Positions 55,707 through 64,000 of a stretch of 64,000 nt of DNA are shown here, piece after piece (the first letter of the stretch is position 1; each line of letters begins with the position of its first letter). Below the pieces are notes generated by a model. That model saw only the letters and a program-made list of their open reading frames with translations, made no database searches and was not told the DNA's origin. Made by a program: the position numbers and the translations under genes. The DNA is from Octopus vulgaris (lineage: Eukaryota): contig OX597836.1 in the NCBI GenBank assembly GCA_951406725.2, positions 24,428,001 to 24,492,000 of the forward strand, given 5' to 3'.

Positions 55707-57875
55707 TTTATTTTAAGCAGCAGAAAATTCAACAAAATCTGTTACTCTGAGTTTCTCGTTGCCGTTATATACATATATACATAAATACACACACACGTTT
55801 GTGTATACATTTTATATTACGCTGTGTGTGTGTGTGTGTGTTTGTGTGTGTGTGTATAAAGTATTAAGACAAATTCGCTCCCTTGTTGCTAGACGACGAT
55901 AAACAATCCAACTGAACGCAGTGTGTAACATTTTAACTGTAATTGTCTCCTTCCTCAGACGGGGTGAGATAATCAAGTGAGAAAAGAAGTAAAGAGTTCT
56001 ATGTGAAAAAGAAAATGTTCTCCGGTGAATCTTTTAATAAATAATAAAGCCATAGGAACGAAACATTCGCTAACCTCTTCCTTTATTAGTCTTCTGTTGT
56101 TCGTTGATTAAACGTGTTTATTCTCATCAGGTAACCGTGATAAAGGATTTCCATAGGTTTCAAGTCAGAATTTGATATCAAACGAAACATCATAATTAGA
56201 CCGGAAAGCAAAACTTACGATTTGTTCAAAGTGTTTCACCTGAAAAAATCAGACGAAACCCTGCTGCCTTTTTATGGATTATTAGAATACAGTTTAGGTA
56301 GTCTCAGTTGTCTGAAAATGTTTCAGGAAAAGTTTAGTCAGATTTATTTATTGTCTCTCAATCAGTTTGTATTTTATACTTTTCCATGAAGTAATCTCAG
56401 AATGATATACAACTGAACCATCCCTTGCATCACGCCATTATCAATGTTGTGTTGTTGTCATGTTATGACATAACGTCCAATCACAGGTCAAGGTGACCCA
56501 AACTACGAGTATCTACTCTTATCATTAACTTATCGGTTTAACAAGCAGTTTCAACTAAATATTTAACCTTGTTTTCTGATACATTTATTTTACAATGTTC
56601 CCCAATCTATACCCATTCAAGTGTTAGCTGTGTACATCTGACTAACTTTGAAAACATGTAGGTTTCAAAAACTGGCAGCATGAGCTTTCTTCGCGACCTC
56701 CATAGGCGTTGGCCTCAACTAGTTCAAACACGAATTTATACATTCTTGAGGAGATATACAACTTCAAAAGACTTTGGCTTGATTTTTTTTTAACAATTTG
56801 TTAACAAGCACATATGGTATCTGGAAGTAAAAGGCACGCTTACATCATCGGCTATGAAGTGCAAGTAATTAAATATCTCAAACAGCTTGAATAACAGGAC
56901 TACAGAAGGGTATTTTGGACCACCACAAACTGGAAATTATCACACGCTACTAAAGGAAGCATAGGAATTTGTTGAAGCCTTCATTAAGAAGTAAAAATAA
57001 GCAGAATGCGTCTGCTGTGGACTGAATTACTGAAAGAGATGAAGGTTGGATAACTACAAAAAGAAATTTGAGGCTTAGAATTACAGCAAAAATTATTTTA
57101 ATTTTTCGTATTAATACCCGTCCAATACTAATGTTGGTGTAATCGATTAACCCCACCACTCAAAACTACTGATTTCGTGTTTAAATTAGGAAGCTTTTAT
57201 GAATCCCTGTTAAGATCTGAATGACGAGACACAGACAGGGAGTGAGAACAAAAACAAGAAAAGCACAAATGCCAGATTCTGAGAACAAATAATTGAACTT
57301 CACATTTTATTTGAACTAGAACTTCACATCTTTCTAATTATTCCGAGGAACGTTCGATGAGGTGTCATATAAGTGGATGTTAAACGAATCAACAGAGTAA
57401 CAGCGAAGACATTTGGTCTCAAGCAAACTATTTAAACTATAGTTCTGTCATGTTGTACTAACGGGGGAAAAACTGCTGCTAGGGCCGGTCTTTTAAAGAA
57501 AAACTTTACCAAACCACAAAATTCCTTGTCTAATTTTTGTTCATATTCACCTAAGGATTTGAGAACCGGGTTTGGGTTCACAAAACAAAGACTATTAAAG
57601 AAAAGGCGCATAGATTAAAAACGTTAGTGATTCATCAAGTCTTTAGAGCATGAGTGAAATCACTGGATGAAGGACGTAAGACTTGTAACGATACAGACGT
57701 CTAGTTCCTTTCAAGATATCTACTTCCACCTTATGCAAATTTCTGCAGGTATTGAACAAGAGTCTTTTTTTTAACATGGCCCAGAAGATATTACACCAGC
57801 TGACATGGATGCACATGATGCAAACTCAAAGCCATGCATTCCAATGCACATACCACCTCAGGTGACGAGCCCAGC

Positions 57876-58962
57876 ATGGAAGTATCCAAAGAGTATTTGA
57901 GGCACATAATGCTTTATGAGTACAACAGAAGGAAACTCTGCAGCCGAAGCGACTTGAAACACACTCAGTTTATGGGAAAGAATGCTTGAATGAAAGAATT
58001 TGCAGAAGATGGGTTGCAAAATTCAGAAGTGGAAATTTCAGCCTTGAAGATGAAGATCGAACAGGACATCCAGTTGAGTTTGATGATAAGCTCCTTGAAG
58101 AAATCCTACATTTTCAGTTGAAGAATTGGCAATAAAGCATAGTTCAAACAAACTGTTCATCGTCATCTTCAACAACTTGGAAAGGTTCCAAAATTTGGAA
58201 AATGGGTGTCTCATGAATTGTCTGAAAGTAACCGCAAATCTCGAGTTGACATCTGCTCTTCTCTCCATTCTCGCGAACTCATTTCACCCTTTTTGGATAG
58301 ACTTGTGACTGGTGACGAAAAATGGATCTTTTATCGAAATGTTAACGTCGTAAACAGTGGCTTGGTAAAAGGGAAAAAGCTCAACCACAACCGAGAAGGG
58401 AAATTCATGGGAAAAAGTTTCTTCTCTCTACCTGGTTGGATTGCAAAGGAGTAATTCACTTTGAATTATTACCACCTAATGCAACAATCAATGCTCAAGT
58501 CTATTGTCAGCAATTAGAGCGTTTGAACCAAGCTTTGAAGAAAAAAAGACCCGCTTTAGTGAATCGAAAAGGAGTGGTGTTTCATCAGGACAATGCGTGA
58601 CCCCACACTACAAAGATCACATCACAGAAGATCGAAGAGCTTGACTGGGAAAAAATTCTTCATCCACCTTATTCTCCCGACCTTGCTCCTTCAGACTACC
58701 ATTTGTTTCATAGTTTACAGAATCATTTGGGGGACATAACTTTCGCAAGCCAGGAGGAGGTTGCAACTGACATTTCAGAGTTCTTCGCTTTGAAACCAAA
58801 AGAGTTTTACATTGATGGGATTAAAAAGCTTGTAAATAGATGGAAGGAAGTCGTACATAATCAGGGAAAGTACATTGATGATTAAATTTCAATTAAATGT
58901 AACATTTGATCACTTATTTTCTTTATTCAAGATTCGGACAGAACTTATGGGATGACCTGATA
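57876..58962 (+). mobile_element. Decayed mariner transposon (DD34D transposase pseudogene with 3' TIR)
   Basis: MEVSKEYLRHIMLYEY..., WVSHEL, LVTGDEKW, HQDNA*PH and HPPYSPDLAPSDYHLF, with 34 residues between catalytic D2 and D3. It has frameshifts and stops. The 3' end is ...GAACTTATGGGATGACCTGA-TA; no 5' TIR was found. Confidence 0.92.
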
Positions 58963-59295
58963 TTTTATTATTATTATATATAGCAGCACCGAAGTTTTAT
59001 TTTTAGTCTTGTTTAAATAGAGATGACTCCAAGAACAATAACACATTACAAAATGATTAATAATACGAGACCTATGTAATTCTAGCGTCTTTTTAGTTTT
59101 TACAATGAGCTACTGACCAGTGCTTTCTGAAAACTCAGTTTCTTAAATATGAATTTCTTGTCTTTCTCTATGAAACAATTGTAGAGCTACATGAATTAAA
59201 AAATTATCATCCATTTTAACATCTAATCTCTTCTATTTACGTAAATATGAAGGAATTTGCTGAACAATGTTTAATAAGTTAAGTCATATACTTAA

Positions 59296-59356
<61 letters not shown>

Positions 59357-59897
59357 ATGTATATGTATGTATGTGTATGTATGTATGTATGTATGTATAT
59401 ACGTATGCATATATATGTTTGTGTCCCTCCCTAATTCTTCTATCCCTCTGCCTCTATCTCTCTCCTCTCCTTCCACGTGACCGCTGTTCAGCCAAGCCTG
59501 ACCCTTTTTCCTTGGTTCAACTACCATCCGTGCAGCATCTATATTCCTCCCCATGCCTGCCATCTCTTATGTCCCTGCCGTAAGGCTTCACTTCCACACC
59601 TCCCAGCTTAATTTAATTCGTCCTTAGTCGAAAGACATCTGTTGTTAATGTCCTGTCGTTTACATTTGTATTTGTGTAACATTTCTCCGTTTTTTCCATC
59701 CTTGTTTTCGTATACATTCGCTGCTTTCTTCCAAGGAATCCAATGCTCTTAGCTTAGTTTTTGCTTGGAGCAACCAGGAAAGAAAAACTCCGAATGACCC
59801 GTCCTTGTTTTTTTCATGTCCCTTTTTGTATCATCCAACTGTCTGGATGTTTTGTGGCCCCTGTTGCGTTCTTATCCCATTTTTTGTATTCTTTATA

Positions 59898-60002
<105 letters not shown>

Positions 60003-60424
60003 TTATATATTTATATAAATATATATATATACATGCATACTTATATGTATGTATTTTATATTATGTATGTATGTATGTATGTATGTGTGTATGTATGTGT
60101 ATATATATCTATATATATACATATATACATATACATGTATATATATATACGTGTGAGTGTGTATACATTGAAACATATATGCATACACATACACACACAC
60201 ATATATATGTACACATATGCACATATATAACATGTACATGTAAATGTGATGCATGTATGTAGCGAAGCGCATTTTGTGTATGTATGTGAGTTTGTGCGTA
60301 CGTGCATGTGTGTGTGTGTGTGTGTGTGTGTGTGAGTTTGTGCGTACGTGCATGTGTGTGTGTGTGTGTGTGTGAGTTTGTGCGTACGTGCATGTATGTG
60401 TGTGTGTGTGTGTGTGTGTACGTG

Positions 60425-60487
<63 letters not shown>

Positions 60488-61258
60488 TATGTGTGTGTGT
60501 CTACGCGTTACAAGTGTTGTTGACGTAAACCAATTGGCTCCCTTTATTGGAGAGAGCGATGGCCAGAGATTCTGTACAATGGTTCGTTAAGAGAACTGTC
60601 AAAATAAGTCAGTGCACAGCACCCAATTTGGTCGGTGCAAAGCACTAATAGACGTTCGGGGTTTTACACCGTTATTGTTGTTGTTGTGATAAGAGTGGCG
60701 AGCGCTGTGATGGTGATGGTGGTGGTGATGGTGGTGGTAGTGGTGGTGGTGGTGATGGCGGCGATGATGCCAAGGATGGCGGTGACGGCGCTAATGAGAG
60801 ACCTTATGATGACATTGCTGATGATGTTAGTTGTAGTAATGATAGTGCTGGTTTATTGATAGTGTTTATGGTGGTGGTGGTGGTGGTGGTGGTGGCGGCG
60901 GCGGCGGCGGCGGCGGTGGTGGTGGTGGTGGTTGTGGTAGTGGTGGTAGTGGTGGTGGTGGTAGTGGTGGTGGTGGTGGTGGTGGTGGTGGTGGCGGCGG
61001 CGGTTGCGGCGGCGGCGGTGGTGGTCGTTATGGTTATGACAACAGTTTTGACAAGAAGAGAAACAATTTCGCTCCGATGGATGATTGACTGCCGGAGCCA
61101 TTTCTCAGTACAGATTTGATTGTTATCAAGACTGTTAATAACTGAGGCAAACAAACACACCACTAACGCCATCTACATGTCTTTTTTATTGCAGCGTTGA
61201 TTAATCCGTACACACACATACATACATACATACATGCATACATACATACATACATACA

Positions 61259-61293
<35 letters not shown>

Positions 61294-61309
61294 GTGTGTG
61301 TGTGTGTGT

Positions 61310-61360
<51 letters not shown>

Positions 61361-61478
61361 ACATACGGAATTATACGCACTTTTGTGGTTTGCTGTATAT
61401 GTATGTATGGACCTGCACATAGAAGCGCATAAAGATATGTGTGCGTGTATGTATATATGTCTGTATGTGTGTGTCTAC

Positions 61479-61511
<33 letters not shown>

Positions 61512-61535
61512 TGTATGTATGTGTGTGTGTTTATG

Positions 61536-61636
<101 letters not shown>

Positions 61637-61659
61637 GTGTGTGTGCGTGAGCGCGCGAG

Positions 61660-61858
61660 TGTTTTGTGTATGTGTTTCTCCACCACCACAGTTTGTTTAC
61701 GTCCCCGTAACTTAATGGTTCGGTACAAAAAAAAGACATAGTTTGAGTACCAAGCTTAAAAACGATATATACTAGAGACGATTTATTCGACTGAAGGCGG
61801 TGTTCTAGCATGGCCACAGTCAAATGATTGAAACAAGGGAAAGATAAAGGCTAAAAGA
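61660..61858 (+). mobile_element. SINE family A, 3' half
   Basis: GTTTACGTCCCCGTAACTTA...GCATGGCCACAGTCAAATGA...GAAACAAG. Confidence 0.7.
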
Positions 61859-61895
61859 TTATACATACAGACATAAATACATACATATATATATA

Positions 61896-61930
<35 letters not shown>

Positions 61931-62799
61931 ATGTATGTATGTATGTATGTATGTATGTATGTATGTATGCATGTATATATACACACATATATACAGGTGC
62001 GTGTAATCTTTATAGTTTTAACAGGGCAAAGTTCAGCTTGCAGTTATGCAGTTCCCTTTTATCATATACAGATAAGGTATTGACAAGAGTCAATTCAGAA
62101 AATCGTTGATCTATTTTCCACGTTTACTCTTTCATTGCAGTTAGTGTCTCGTGTGGACGAAGTGGTGTACATACACACCACTATGCTTATATTCGTAGAT
62201 GTTAGGTTCTGATTCTTTTAACGTATTAAGTCTTTCCTCTCCCTGCCTAAAAGAATCCCTTTAATATTGCCTGGTGTAGCTAAGTTATTGTCCCCGTAAA
62301 ACCCAATACCTTTGATTTTAAGTTTTACTTTGAATATATCTAAGCTCCGAAATCCGATGAACTCACAATTTCTACACTGCCCATAGAACCCATACTGATA
62401 TCAAAGCACATATACTATCTTTCACCTTGTGGAAATAAGAGAGATTGGCGTGGTGCATCATAACACTACGTTGCTGTAATTTATGGTACAATATATTCTT
62501 TTAAATTTCGCCGCCTTTTAAAGTTTTAAATGGATAGGTACAGTGTTGAAGTGAGTAATAGTAGTGGACATTGTATTTGAGGAATGTGAACCATTTCACT
62601 AGACTAATTAATGGTATTTAAAAATACTCTTACAATACTTGACTAAATTTACAACACTCATTCCTACTTTCTCTCTTTTGCTCCCTCCTCCTACTCTGCT
62701 TCATCATCCCTCTCTCATCATCATCTTCATTCTCTGCTTTCCCCTTTCTTTCTTTGTTATTTTCTGAACCTACATTTTTTTTTGTTCTGTCTTCTACAG

Positions 62800-63062
62800 G
62801 TTACAGAGAGACAGCCTTCGCCCATGCAATTAGTGCTGCCGGTGTAACGCATCAAGTCTCCACAGCCTGCAGTCTGGGTAAGCTTCGGTCATGCGGTTGT
62901 GACATGACATCACACGGTCCAGCTCTCAGCTGGGAATGGGGTGGCTGTAGTCACAACATCGAATTCGGTGACCACTTCGCCCGAAAGTTCCTCGATGCTA
63001 AAGACACGGCGAAAGATATCCAAGCACAGATCAACCTACACAACCATAGAGCTGGACGACTG
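62800..63062 (+). CDS. Wnt10: Wnt10 coding exon 3 (gene continues beyond the window)
   Basis: Translates (G)[87 protein letters not shown]. The acceptor has a long pyrimidine tract and CTACAG|GT, phase 1 matching exon 2. Donor is CTG|GTTTGT, phase 0. The exon with the CKCHG motif is not in this window. Confidence 0.95.
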
Positions 63063-63116
63063 GTTTGTTATCAACATTTTGTCTCTCCTCAACACCTCCT
63101 GTCTGCTATTCACACA

Positions 63117-63192
<76 letters not shown>

Positions 63193-63195
63193 ATC

Positions 63196-63269
<74 letters not shown>

Positions 63270-63312
63270 ATTATTCTTGTTCGTTCCCTCTGTAGATACG
63301 AGTGTGCGTAAA

Positions 63313-63516
63313 TATGTGTGTTTTTGTGTGTGTTGTCCTCCGCCATCGCTTGTTAACCGATGTTGGTATATTTACGTCCCTGTAATATAGCGGTTCGGCA
63401 AAATAGACCGATAGAATAAGGACTAGGCTTGCAAAGAATAAGTCCTGGGGTCGATTCGTTCGACTAAAGGTGGTGCTCCAGCATGGCCAGAGTCAAATGA
63501 GTGAAACAAATAAAAG
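63313..63516 (+). mobile_element. SINE family A, 3' half
   Basis: GCGGTTCGGCAAAA.AGACCGATAGAATAAG...GCTCCAGCATGGCC. Confidence 0.75.
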
Positions 63517-63827
63517 AACATATATATATAACATACATGCATACATAGAGACATACATGTGTATATATATATATATATATATATATTTATGGATGGATGG
63601 ATGGATGCATGTATGTATGTACGTACGTAAAAAATATATACATATATACAGAAAAATTGCTATGCACATAATACACAATATTATTCATAAAAATTCATAA
63701 AAATTTCACCCAAGAATACACACACACACAATACAAAATACATCCACACAACTTTACATACTTTACTGGATGGCCATTGATTCTTCTGAGTTCTTCCACC
63801 CTTAGACGGGCCGTGTTTTTTTTATCT

Positions 63828-64000
63828 CCGGTAAAGTTTCTCACTATTCTAAAACAGTTTCATGATGGCATGGAAGTAAGGATCGACATTGGTGGGATGC
63901 TCTCGGAGCCTATCGCTGTCATGGATGGGGTAAAACAAGGTGACATAATAGCACCCACTCTCTTCACCTTCTATTTTAATATAGTTTTTGTCTTTTTTTC
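63828..64000 (+). mobile_element. RTE-clade LINE reverse transcriptase fragment
   Basis: PVKFLTILKQFHDGMEVRIDIGGMLSEPIAVMDGVKQGDIIAPTLFTFYF; the FHDGM and GVKQG..APTLF motifs are typical of RTE/BovB-like RT. Confidence 0.85.

Noticed and set aside
55742-55766. Minus-strand GAAAC-TCAGA-GTA hammerhead half (a similar half lies at 2980-2991)
   Set aside because: No CTGANGA partner is present, so it cannot be called a ribozyme.
56110-56136. Recursive splice site TCATCAG|GTAACC (also TTCCAG|GTTATT at 34685)
   Set aside because: The donor halves are weak and such junctions are expected by chance in 50 kb of intron; junction reads would be needed.
62754-63311. 185-aa ORF as a single exon
   Set aside because: Only 62800-63062 is Wnt-like; the flanks are the acceptor pyrimidine tract and (CT)n/(CTAT)n.

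Overview
AT-rich, microsatellite-saturated animal genomic DNA. The SINE, LINE and microsatellite make-up suggests an octopus or other coleoid cephalopod; that is inference, not proven. The only host gene I can support is a + strand Wnt10 orthologue. Three coding exons splice in frame: a 47-nt signal-peptide exon at 8964-9010 that the ORF track missed, then 41708-41973 and 62800-63062 (576 nt, 192 codons). The introns are about 32.7 and 20.8 kb, and the last exon lies beyond the window. Almost all other ORFs in the track are microsatellite artefacts. The rest is repeats: three tRNA-derived SINE families, several decayed R4/Dong-clade LINEs, RTE-type fragments, a mariner (DD34D) relic, a maT (DD37D) relic, a Merlin-like MITE with an 8-bp TSD, a foldback element and a tRNA-Arg pseudogene. 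The most unusual signals are: (1) 730 nt with no AG dinucleotide before the Wnt10 exon-2 acceptor, plus 195 nt before exon 3, suggesting very distant branch points; (2) two intact Penelope-type minimal hammerhead ribozymes, while sense-oriented intronic copies are broken; (3) a strong-context out-of-frame ATG 7 nt upstream of the Wnt10 start. Repeat boundaries were read by eye and are approximate unless TSDs or TIRs are quoted.
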